Below, piece after piece: positions 22,849-34,100 of a stretch of DNA of 64,000 bases. The DNA is from Neophaeotheca triangularis (Eukaryota). Where the stretch lies: NCBI GenBank assembly GCA_054600435.1, contig BAAIJX010000005.1, forward strand, positions 124,001-188,000, read 5' to 3'. Under the pieces are notes generated by a model that was not told where the DNA came from, made no database searches, and saw nothing but the letters and a program-made list of their open reading frames with translations. The translations under genes and the position numbers were made by a program. How positions within the stretch are numbered: the stretch's first letter is position 1; each line of letters starts with the position of its first letter.

Positions 22849-23644
22849 GGTCTTTTGTTCGCGTTCGTGTTCGCGTCCTCTGGCTGGGGTGGTGCTGGGT
22901 CTTGTGGGAAAGGGTGCCGATTGGTGCTGCTGGTGCCCAATGGAGTTGCTGGCGTATGCGCTGGCCGTGCGCTAGGGTGTCGTGGGAGCTGGGGGTGGTT
23001 TATATTGCTGTGCTGAAGGTTTTGGTATGCGCGAAGCTTGGCCTTTGGTGGGGCGTCGTGGTGGTTGTCGCTGTCGTTATTGCTGATGCTCGTCAGCTCG
23101 TGGGAAGGTGGTGGATTGCTAGAGATTGTGGGACGTCGTCGTCTGTGCTAAGCCGGGGTTCCGGGGTGATATGGTCAATGGGAGGGTCCAGATTCAAGGG
23201 CACACCGCCAGTTTCTCCACGAAAAGGATCAACGGCGGTGGTTGGGCTCCTTGCAGGCGATTAAACCACGTTCAGCAAAGTGGCAGGGTTCTCGTCTTGT
23301 TCATGTCATGTCATGCAGGTGATGCAGGTCATAGCTAGCGAATAGTAATGGTAATAATAATAATAATATCACAACACCCTCTTTACCCATCAGAAACGCG
23401 GAGTTGGAAACATCCGACTCCCCGAAGTCGACTCTCGGCAGCAAAAGACGGGTAAGAGTTGTCCACGTGAAGCAACGAATGTAAAAGTGAGACTGGCTTC
23501 CTCCCTTCCGGATATGGCTGGCGATATGATGCTCTCTTCCTGTCGTAGTAATCGTTTTTTCGTCATACTCCTCGAATGCACAGAGCAGCCCGCCGAGCGC
23601 AGTCCATCACAGCACACATCAAACCAACGTCACTTCAATCCAGG

Positions 23645-24937
23645 ATGAAGCACCATCTCATGATAGGCACCTGGTAAGCAGTACGATTCCGAGTTGGAAG
23701 ACTTTTCGATGCAATGCTTGTTCAAGACTTCGGGTCATGACTCCCTTCTCTTCCTCTCGTTGGAATGAATGTTACGGTCCATCCATCTCTAACCCGCAAC
23801 TCCCCCCCAGGACGCCACCTGGAGCCATCTTCACTGTCCAGTTCGACGACGAAACCCGCGAGCTCAAACTGATCAAACGAACCGAAATCCCCAAAGATGA
23901 GCCCATCTCCTGGGTGAACTTCAACCACAACCGCCAAACCATCTACGGCGCGGGCATGAAAAAATGGTCCTCCTATCTAGTCAAATCCCCGGACCAAATT
24001 GAGCACCACTCTTCGCATCCCATGAATCACCTAGCGGAAGCCTCATCCCCCTCGACCAAAACCCGCGCCATCTTCGTTCTCGCGGCGACTAAACCGCCTT
24101 ACCTCGTCTACGGCAACCCCTTCTACGAGCACGCGGGCTACGGCAACGTCTTCTCCGTCGACGAGCACGGCGGACTGGCGGAGAACGTGCAAAACTACGA
24201 GTACCAGCCCAACTCCGCCATCCACGGCATGGTCTTCGACCCGGACGAAAACTACCTCTACAGCGCCGACATGTGGGCCAATAAAATCTGGACGCACAAA
24301 AAGGTAAACCCTGTCCCCCGCACCAACCGAGCTCACCCCATCAACCCCTGCTAACCCCAAACCCCAGGACCCCCAAACCGGCCTTCTCACCCTCGTCTCC
24401 TCCCTCGAAGCCCCGAGCCCAGACGACCACCCCCGCTGGGTCGAAATGCACCCCTCCGGCCAGCACCTCTACGCGCTAATGGAATCCGGCAACCGACTCT
24501 GCACCTACACCCTCTCCCCCACCACCCACGAACCAAGCTACACAGGCCACTCCTACCCGCTCGTGCCGCCGGGCCTCCCAACCCAGCACCCCAAAATGTA
24601 CCGCTCCGACGTCGTCTACACCTCGTCGACGGGAAAATACCTCTTCGCGACCTCGCGCTCCAATTCGCCCCAGCTGACAGGGTATCTGGCGGTTTTCGAA
24701 CTCGATGAGACGACTGGGGCGGTTTTGAAGCAGTTGGTGCTTATGCCCACGCCTACGAGCGGCGGGCATTCCAATGCCGTCAGTCCGTCTCCCTGGAGTG
24801 ATGAGTGGTTGGCGCTTTGTGACGACGAGAAGGGGTTTGTGGAGATGTATCGGTGGGACGGGGAGTTTGTGAGTCGGGTTGCGCATTTGGATGTGCGGGA
24901 GCCCGGGTTTGGGATGAATGCTATTTGGTTTGATTGA
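23645..24937 (+). CDS. 3-carboxy-cis,cis-muconate cyclase (lactonase-family beta-propeller); 3 exons (introns 23674-23810, 24304-24367)
   Basis: The spliced N-terminus MKHHLMIGTWTPPGAIFTVQFDDE, plus AIHGMVFDP, DHPRWV, TSGGHSNAVSP and GFGMNAIWFD, match the fungal CMLE pattern. Confidence 0.9.
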
Positions 24938-25262
24938 GGGGTCGGATGGGGCCAAGAGGCAGGGGGATTGGGGGGTTGAGGAGTTGAGGGTTGGGGTGGG
25001 AAGGAGCTGTTTTGAGGAGGATGGTAGTCGAGTGGGACAGTTTGAGTCTGCTCGTGGTCGAAATCGCGCCTCGGGCGAGAGAGTGCGCAGATGTCTGGGT
25101 TCAGTCTGCACACGAGGATATCATGATCTAGCCCATCCGCCTCATTAAAGCCTCCCCAAACCCCAGGTTGCAGCGACTCAATCCTCCCCGGCAAACCCAT
25201 TGACAAACCAGCAGCACGTCCAGTCATCTATTCATCCCTATACAAATAAACCATACAAACCA

Positions 25263-27366
25263 TTACTCCACAATCTCCAGCTCTCCCTTACGGCCCCGGG
25301 CAAACGTGTCTTTCCACTCGTCCCAAATCCGCAATAGCTCCTCAGTGTAAGCCTCATGCAACTGGTCGACGTACGCGGAATCGGGATTCTTCTGCTGCTG
25401 CACTCGAATGGGTTTGCCAACGACAATGTCCAGAGGCCGACGGTAAGGCATTAGGCCGACGTCGTAGTTGAAGATGCCGCGGGCGTGAAAGAGCGGGACC
25501 TGCTCGGAAAGCAAGAGATTAGCGACGCTGTGTACGTGATTGCGAGTTGAGGGTACGAGGACTTACGGTAAACCCTATCAACTTCTTGACGGCCATTTGA
25601 CCCCGATGGATCCAAGGGTTGCGCGTCGCGTCGAATTGGTCGTACAAATCGTTCTCGCCGAAAGCCAGCACTGGGACAAGGTCCGCGCCCTGGCGGATCG
25701 CCAGCTTGACGAAACCTTTGCGCTTCTTGAGAACGCAGCGGAGTTTAAAGGGCTCGGCGTCCAAGGACTCACGGGCACCGCCTACGACGATGGTGATGGC
25801 GCGGCCCATGCCCTCGCCGTTGCGGCCGCCTTTGCTCAGCAGGTTCTCGCAGCTTTCGCGGGAGACGGAGGCGAGGCCCATGCGCAGGGCATAGTCGCGG
25901 TAGAGGGGGATGCGGAAGTTGGTGTCGAGGGTGAGTAGGGTGTTGGTGATCCCGGGGAAGAGGGTAGAGAAACCAAGGGATTCGGTTGCGAAGGCTGCGA
26001 AGGCGCCGTGGGAAATGATGCCGTGTGGGTGGTAGCCGAAGATGTATTTGCGGGTCGGCTCGAGTTCTTGGGTACGGTGGAGGCGGGCGGGGAAGTAGGA
26101 GGCGAAGAGGCTGAAGATGGGAAGGCGGCGGAGGCGTTCGGAGCGGTGGCTGAGGGTTCCCGAGGTGCTAGCGTTCGAGAGGAGGGTGTAGACGAGGTAG
26201 GGAACGAGTAGCGGCCAGAGGAGCGGTATGGCACAGAGAACGAAGAAGAGTGCCAGGAAGCCTGCAATACTGAGGGTGTGGGCTAGTACCATGCCGGTTT
26301 GTAGTCGTCTTTGGAGAGGGACGTTCATCGGGGCCCAGCGTATGCGCGACCAGTTGGCGCCAGCTCGACGGCCAGAGGTGAGGTGGCTGGGCTCGCGGCT
26401 GTGCTGCGGTCGCTGCACGTGTGATTTGTGCTGCTCTTTGCTCTCCCCCAAACCGGTGGGCTCTGTGGGCTTGTTCTCCCGCTGCTGCACGCTCTCCTCA
26501 TATCCTGCGAGCGGTTTCACCGAGGCCAGATTCTCACCAGATTTGTTTTTGTAGTTCTCGTAGAAGACTTCTTTGGGTTGTTCGTCATTCTCTCGCTTCT
26601 CATGCGCGCCATCGCCATTCGTCTGTTGAGGTCGCTCGTTCTCCATTGCTCCCTGCGTTGCCTGCGCTCCCTGCTTGGATTCTCCAGCGCTACCGTTGGC
26701 TTTGCTCTTCGAAGACACCCGCCTCTGAGCTTTCTCCCTCGTGGGACTCCTAGGGCTCGCGTCCTCACCTACACCGCTGAGATGCCCGTCGTCATCTCCT
26801 TCCCCATCAACGTTCAGTGAGGCTGGCCGTGCGCCCTTTGGAATCGCGTTGGGACCCGTTCCTTCGGCTGGCAAAACCTCCTTTGCTGCATTTGCGTAGC
26901 TTTCGCTTTGGCCTTGCGCGCCATCTGTAGGCCGTGCGCCTTCCGGAATAGCGTTTGGACCCGTTCCCTCGGCTGGTAAGACTTCCTTCGCTACATCTGC
27001 ATAGCTTTCCTGATTTCCCTGCTTTGCTCCACTGCCTTTGGCCATCGTGATAGGGCTGGGACTGCGACGTGGACTGGGACTAGTCTCCGGCCTCACTCTG
27101 GCACGTCGAAGGGTCGGACTGCCGCTTCTCTCGGCCTCGTCAATGACCTCCCCCAATGGCCGGGGTTCTAAGCTCTCCTGGCGTCCGTATGAGGGTCTCG
27201 GCGGCGTTTCCTTGATACTATCCTCGTCGAAGCCCAAATCGGACGCGCTGGGACTTTCAAAGGTATAGAATTTGCTGTTTCGTGAGCTAAAGGTAGAGGG
27301 AGTTCTCTTGGGGGAGAAGGGTGAGGGCGAGCAGATAGCTGGATTATTGTCAGGATCGGATGGCAT
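25263..27366 (-). CDS. DGA1: Diacylglycerol O-acyltransferase, DGAT2 family (intron 25500-25566), with a long disordered N-terminus
   Basis: RWAPMNVPLQRRLQT, YFP, FGYHPHGII, IVVGGARESL, RKGFVKLA, LVPVLAFGEND and PYRRP. The start codon is uncertain (27366 or a later ATG). Confidence 0.9.
26826..27010 (-). repeat. Two-copy 105-nt (35-aa) tandem duplication within the DGA1 N-terminus
   Basis: ESYADVAKEVLPAEGTGPNAIPEGARP / ESYANAAKEVLPAEGTGPNAIPKGARP. The 10-mer gccgtgcgcc recurs at 26826 and 26931. Confidence 0.9.
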
Positions 27367-27611
27367 CGGTTCCGCGGGATGACGATGGTCATATGCAAGG
27401 GGGATCGTTCCAATGCGCTCAGGCACTTGTCAGGGTCTGCCCTAGGCTGTGGTTTAGTGAATTGCTGGCTTTCAGATACACATATATCAATAACATACAA
27501 GGGAGACTCTTCACAAAGACCTACAGCTTGTTTTGAAACGCTACTGCTTTTGCTTTTACTACCAAGCTCCATGTGTCTGCAACTCTCGCGGGGCACACTG
27601 CACTGTACCGT

Positions 27612-27694
27612 TCACGTGACTTGCAGTGACGCGGCGGGTTGGCAAGCCGTGCGATATCCGAGCCTCCCCAGACTTCTCGCCAGCCGTGCACGTG
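27612..27694. promoter_or_regulatory. Two CACGTG E-box palindromes in the short DGA1/STK19 divergent promoter
   Basis: TCACGTGA at 27612-27619 and CACGTG at 27689-27694. Binding by a bHLH (Cbf1-type) factor is inferred only. Confidence 0.35.
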
Positions 27695-27781
27695 ATCAGC
27701 CTTTCACAGTCCCTTCACCTACAAAGCTACTAGTACTTTTCACTCGCCATCACGTCTTCATGCTCTATCCTCGACAGAAAC

Positions 27782-28948
27782 ATGCCAAAATCAACAAATC
27801 CGCTCGTTGCTCGTCGCAAAGCCGTAGCTGCTGCTGCTGCTTCAGCCTCACCATTCAGCACTCTACAGCGGACCAAGTCTTCTCTGTCCCGTTCCAACAG
27901 CAAGGCAGACGACCATGACTTATCACGACTAGAAGATACGGGCTTCGTACCCTTGCTGGCGCCCTCAAAATTGCCACAGGATGTAATATCCTTGATTCGT
28001 TATATTCAGGAGAGCACCTTCTCTGAAATACCCGATCGCGCGCCGGGCATGAATAGCACTCGGATTTCCGAAGTCTATCTGTTCAGAAGCACTTTACCGC
28101 CAATAGTCAGCCTCGCCCATCTCATGGCTATCAGTAAAAGCACCACTGCCTCTGAGCGAGAGCTTGCGCGGTTAGTAGCAGACGGTACTGTCAGACGATT
28201 CACCGTGCCTGGCCGTGGTAAAGGAGGTGCTGCTATAGGCGAAGGCGTAGTCATTGTGGAGGACTGGAAGCATCGAGTCTTGTCAAGCGAGCAGTTAAGT
28301 GATGACACGAAAGCAAGATATCTTCAATTACTCTGCCAGAACACGACCTCTAAAACGACGAGCACCTCAGGTCTATCTACCGAAGAGACGAAACAGCTCG
28401 TCCAAGCAGGATTTTTGACCAGTCCATCGGCGCTATCGCTCGATCGCAGCGATTCCTTCGATCGGCCGGTAGCGGGTGCGGGTGCTCTATCTTCCGCAGG
28501 TTCTAAAGCTGCTACAGGTACCCTAGCAGCTGTGGGAGGCTATGGCGCCATCTACGCTAATGGCGGTATAATGACTTCCTCTCACAAAGCAAGCCCAGCC
28601 TCGTTCCGGGAGATGACACTCTCACTCCCTTCAACGGGCTCCTATCTGCAGCTGTTGACAGCTGCGAGGCAGCATTTGCTCTTTCTGCTCAAGCAGATAA
28701 GTCCTCGGTTTCGGGAAGCCACCGTGGAGTTAGTGAGGGAGAAGTGGGACGGAAATGTACTGGGTGATGCAAATAGCGTGGCGAAAAGGGCGAGAGGGGA
28801 TTGGACTGGTGTTTTGCCGGGGAAGACGAAGCGGTGGAAGGAGTTTTGGGGGCTGGAGTTCCGCTGGATTTTGGAGGAGTGTGTTGGTAGTGGAGTCGTG
28901 GAGTTGTTCGACACTGGGAGCGTGGGCATGGCTGTTCGCGCGCGGTGA
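27782..28948 (+). CDS. STK19: STK19-family protein (winged-helix; historically named serine/threonine kinase 19)
   Basis: LPPIVSLAHL, ERELARLV, LVQAGFLT and a C-terminal GKTKRWKEFWGLEFRWILEECVGSGVVELFDTGSVG, recognised as the fungal Stk19 pattern. No protein-kinase motifs. Confidence 0.75.
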   Translation: MPKSTNPLVARRKAVAAAAASASPFSTLQRTKSSLSRSNSKADDHDLSRLEDTGFVPLLAPSKLPQDVISLIRYIQESTFSEIPDRAPGMNSTRISEVYLFRSTLPPIVSLAHLMAISKSTTASERELARLVADGTVRRFTVPGRGKGGAAIGEGVVIVEDWKHRVLSSEQLSDDTKARYLQLLCQNTTSKTTSTSGLSTEETKQLVQAGFLTSPSALSLDRSDSFDRPVAGAGALSSAGSKAATGTLAAVGGYGAIYANGGIMTSSHKASPASFREMTLSLPSTGSYLQLLTAARQHLLFLLKQISPRFREATVELVREKWDGNVLGDANSVAKRARGDWTGVLPGKTKRWKEFWGLEFRWILEECVGSGVVELFDTGSVGMAVRAR

Positions 28949-31128
28949 AAGAAAGGACGAAACCTCGTGTGAGGTCAGATCAAGCATACCATTGCAGACT
29001 CATGCCTCGGTTGGGTATAAGTCCAGTAGGATCAGCTTGAAGAAACTGGTCGCTATTTCGCCACAGAACAACATCCAGGCGGCGCCATTCCCACTACTCA
29101 ACATGACGGTGCGATAGAGCCCAAAGATAGTAGCGTCGGCGACCGCCGCTGTAGAGCTGGCTGCTGAACTGGGTGCCACCACCATCAAGTAGCCCGCAGT
29201 GCCGAACTGGCAGAGCCAAAGGAACTTCAGCAGGCCATGTGCACGGTGGCGGTGACCAGCACCGTGCCCGCGAATTTGGTCGGCGAGTCGTCGGCCTTGC
29301 TCTTTGAGTCTTAAGTTGTAGATAAGACTGCGGTTCGAATCCCAGCTCTATACACTTCGCAAAAGCAATCCAGCCTTCGGGTGCGGTTTCTGCTAAGGGG
29401 CTTCTTATCCCTCTGGGAGTTTCTTTTTGCCTTTATTCCTTTTGTTTGTTTGTGGCGAGTTTGTATTAAACACCTACTATCCGGAATCTTATTTACTACG
29501 ACTAAGGCTGTTATCAATAGGCTTCCGGTCCCTTTAAACTGCCTTTTTTGTTTATCTATCATTCGTTGCACTATCGAGATCTACGACCCGAGGCAGCTCT
29601 TCAACTTCACTTTAGCTGGTCGAGCCAACTGAATTGCCCTAACCTACTGCTTAATGCTCCTACTCTGCATCTCCTCCCCCTAGCTCTCTAAGTTGACCTA
29701 TTCTGGACTCCTGGAACTTAGGTCCGATTTTAGAGTCTCGGAGCCTTTGCTACCTCACCCCTTTCATCTACTAAGAAAGATCGTCAGAGCGGGACAGCAG
29801 GAATCGACAAGGCACGTTGATAGGTTTTCTTCTACGATGGACCATCTGGCCTTGGGGTAGGACAAAGGCACGAGCTTGCCAACCGTACTCTCTTACACGA
29901 GCAGCAGGTCTGCGGGACACCGCAATAGAAGGAGGGGAAGACTGCGGCCGAATACGCGCGCCTTGGGCAACAAAGGCCAACACATGGCTTACCGGGTACG
30001 TGCAGACCGATCAAAGGCAAGCAAAAGAGCAACACGGTTTCTTCTTCAAATCTCCTTCAGCTGGTTGGCAGAGTCCACCCCACAAACCTCGACGTGGTCC
30101 TGCAGGATTCTCCTCCGACGCCCCCCCGTCTCTCCCTGGCAAGCAACCTCGCTCTTCTCCTCTTTCATCCATTACTTAGTCAAACGTGGTCCATCGACCC
30201 AGTCCAAAACAGAATTGCGGCGATTGGTAAGTAGACCAGCCTTTGAGACCGAAAATAGCCGTTGGCCTTGCGAGCACCTCCATCCAGCAAGCAGCTTCGC
30301 GCAAGGCCCGCGAACATCGTCACCACGCTGCCGATCCCACAGCGACTCCGAGCGACCGCAAAGTGCCCTGACGACCATTCCGGCGATGCCTTGCGTTTAC
30401 CTTCCATCTTCGTTTTGATAGCGACCAAGAGGCCGTAGACAGACCCCCCCGGGTTAGTATTGGTATGACCGCTTCCAATCAACACTATTCTAGAGAACCA
30501 GGGCCCAGAAACTTCCAGCCTTGCTTCCTTCCCTTCGCCTGTTTGGAACTCCTCAGCAGCGGCGCGCGTCGGACCGTCCCAAGCTTCCAAGCAAAAGGAA
30601 AAGAAGCACTCAGTGCGAATATGTCCATGAAAGTTAAATACTCTATTTACCACTATATATATATGTACGCTCCGCTCCGCTCCAAACTTATACCCAACCC
30701 CCGTTGCCCGTGGTGACTCAGGGTATCATATCAATACCGTCGACAAAAAGCATACATGCACCCGTGTTCCCCGCGCAGCAGGACCGGCTGAAGTACACTA
30801 TATCTTCGCAAAGTCATCATTACCGCCACCAACATCCGAGAGAGCGCCGACTCTTTTCTTCTCTTTCCTCCGATCCCTTCCCTTCCATCATGCTAATAAA
30901 CCACCAAGATGCGACCACCATGATCAATCGACCGGAACCCAAAGCCAAAATTCAAACCCAATCACTATGCCATAACTCCAAACTCGACCTTTGGGAAAAA
31001 CAAGCTATGCTCCCCTCAAAATTCTCCCCCAGCGCTTATAACCCGCTCCAACCCCTCTTACCCCGTTCCAAAACCCCACCCCTACACACCCTGAGCCCCT
31101 TCTAGATTCCCATAGTCCATGCACACCC

Positions 31129-34100
31129 CTACCTCTGCACAAAAACCGGCACATCACTCATATCCACCCCCCAGGCCTCGGAAAGCTTAAGACCCTTCCT
31201 GGCGCCGCCATCTCCACTCGCTCTGGTACCGGCACTGCCGCCAAAACCCTCCCCGCGCTGCCAACCGTACTCGAAACCGCCGCTGTAGCGATCGTGAAGA
31301 GAGTTGGGGCTGGATTTGGCCGGTTGGAGGGATTGGAGGGGCCGCGGAGAGGGGCGGTAGGTTTGGTCTTGCTGTGGTCGATGTGGTTGCGGTGAGGGGG
31401 AGTGATAGGAGTAGTTTTGGTAGTGCTGTTGGGGAAGCGCGGGAGCGATTTCGGGCTCGTTTTCCCCGTTTAAGCGCGCGAGACTGTGGGTCCGGGCGCG
31501 TCGGGTCGTGGAGCCGTCTGAGGGCTGCGAGGTGTGGTGGGTTGTTTGGGTAGTAGTCGGGCGGGGCCGAGAGCGGGAGCGAGCTCGAGAGGTTGTTGTT
31601 GTCGTGGTAGTGTTTGTTGACCCGGTACCGCTTGAGTGCGTGGTGTGGTGGACGCCTGGACCCTGAGAGCGAGTGCTCGTGGTTGTAATGGGTGAGGCAG
31701 AGTGAGGAGGACAGATGACGGTCTTGCGGGATCGGCTTCGGACGACGGTGGTGGGGGAGTGGTAAGTTTGGGTGGTGGTGGAGCCTTGTGCGTCGTTTTT
31801 GGCGGGACGCTCGTTAGGGGCGGTCGTTGTGTAGACCACATTGGAAGATGCGGTGCTTGCGCTCCCGGTACGGGCCATGTCTTCTTGCGCAGGTCGATTC
31901 TCCTTGTCGTCAGTGTCTAGCATTCCGCGGTACTCATCCGCATACTGGCTTGCGCTGCCATTCTGCTGAGGTCCAGCGTTTGCTCGCGCTGCGTTGTCGT
32001 CCCCAAGAGGGGTGACGTAACGAGAGACAACTATCGAAGGCGCATCAGCAGGCGAGTCACGTGGTCCTGAGCGCTTCGTACTTGTCGTCGTAGTTGTCGT
32101 CGTAGATGTCATGGGTTTCTTCGACAACGTCTCGCCCAGTGACTGGCGACGCTGTTTCCAAAGCTTTGCTTGCGCTTCCCAACCAGCCATATCGGGTTGC
32201 TGCGATTCTTGCGGAGACGAGATTGGCGAGACAGCCTCTTCCACGTGTTCTTGCTGCACGCGACCGGTCGGCTGACTCGAGCTGCCTTGTTGACCATCTC
32301 CCGCATGGCGAACAGATGGCATGGGCCGTTCCGAAGCCTCAACTTCATTTGCATCAGGCACTGATCTCGGCGCCGTCTCTTGCACCCCAGCTGTGCCAGG
32401 TACAAGACTTTCTTCCGAATTCGAGTTTGAGTTGCTCAACTCGCGAACAGCGACATTGAACTCCCGCTTTACAGCAGTCCGATTGAGCGGATGCAGCAAC
32501 TCGAGCTTTTGATCTTCGGCCACCTGTTGGCTGTCCTCGCTATTTTTGCGCGATGAAGATCCACGCGCAGGAGACCCACGTGCAGGCGACTCCTCCTGTC
32601 GCCTCCTCGCCGCCACCATCTCTTTGATATACTTGTTGCTCTGCTGCGGACTCACGTTGCCACTGTTGCGCTTTGAGCTAGTCGGCGAAGACCTCGCGCT
32701 ACTGTTGAGCTTCTTCTGCATGGCCTCTTCGGCCTTGGAAGCTTTCACACCGACGTCGGCAGGGAGCTCAGGCAAGGGTGGAATGCTCTCCGCATAACTC
32801 TTTGGTCGAATAGCCTTGCCAGGATCTTTCTTCACTTGCTCGGGATTGGCAGCTTTGCCATTCCAGCCCGGGAAGCGCTCTTCAACCGAGGACGATCCAA
32901 CGGCGACGGCATGTTGTGGCGCCTGCGCAGGTGCAGTTTGCGAAGACCTCACAGATGCCTGCGAAGCTCGCGGTGTGGCCATGCGCGGTCTTTCACGAGC
33001 CGGATCCGTGTTCTCGCCAACAACATCCCTGCTCTTCTTTCTGGCGAGTTGAGAAGCCATTTCTTCGGTCATGCCGGTTTGGTATGATTCCTTGGGTGTG
33101 ACAGTTTGTGGACGCTCTTGTGGATGCTCTTGTGAGAGAGTCGCAGGCTCAGGGACGGCATCACGGCTCTTCTTCCTCGCAAACTCTGATGCTGCCTCCT
33201 CAGTCATACCAGCTCTGATGAAGCCATTGCCAAAGGCATGCGGTGACTGCATATGCCACTCGGCGTCATCGCGCTGAGCGGAGCTGCTACGGTGGAACTG
33301 TCTCGTCGAGATGTCGTACGGGTTGGAGCCGAGAGAAGCTGCTATGGCTGCGTAATCACTATGATCATGCAAGTCATCTTCGCTAGCCATGCGGTTAATT
33401 TGCCGAGAAGCATCTTCGCCCTCGTTTGCTCGTGCCTGGCTCTTGCTCCTGGCACGGCTACGGCTCCGGGCTCGAAAATTGAAGATACTGGTCTTTTTCC
33501 TGTCTGGTGAGTCTGATGCTCTCTCTGTTGCCATCTCCTTCTTGTGTGGTCTGCCTCTACTCTCGCTTCGGCTGAACGATCGCGAACGTTGACGAGAGTC
33601 ATCTGCAGAAGACTGCCTAGGCGTAGCAGTCTCGATACTCGGCTGCACCTCCACGCTCGGTTGTTGTGCTTCTGTACCTGGCTGCGGCTCCTCGCGATCA
33701 AGCGCCTCTTGCGAATCAGTATGATCAGTAGAAGCGTACGTCTGCTCCAAATGGCTCCTAGATGGATCGTTGGAGAGACGTCGAGTAAAGGAAGCGGACA
33801 AAGCCCTCGGGACGGCTGGCAGCGAGTCACGCTTAACATCATGCTTCACCTCCTCCACCTTCGTCTCCTCGACTTTGCTCTGCTTGCGTTTCTCCCTCTC
33901 TTTGTCCTTTTTCGATGCTGGCATGGGCTTCTGTAACTTTCTACCAGGTTTCGCACCCAGGCTGGTCTTTCTCTCAGCTTTTGGCGAATCGGCAGGTGCA
34001 GAGGCAGTGGTCGCCAGCGAGTCTGTTGAAGCGCCGATCATGGGCATGCTGTTGCGGTTTACTGACTTTCTGCTCCGGAGACCCATGAACCTGGATTGCT

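Noticed and set aside
29000..29260. Hydrophobic minus-strand frame (LLKFLWLCQFGTAGYLMVVAP...) as a gene relic
   Set aside because: Short, with no clear start or splice structure and no recognisable family.
29281..29360. Intact tRNA gene around GGTTCGAATCC
   Set aside because: No acceptor stem, D-arm or A-box, and the T-stem needs a bulge. Kept only as a tRNA-like remnant finding.
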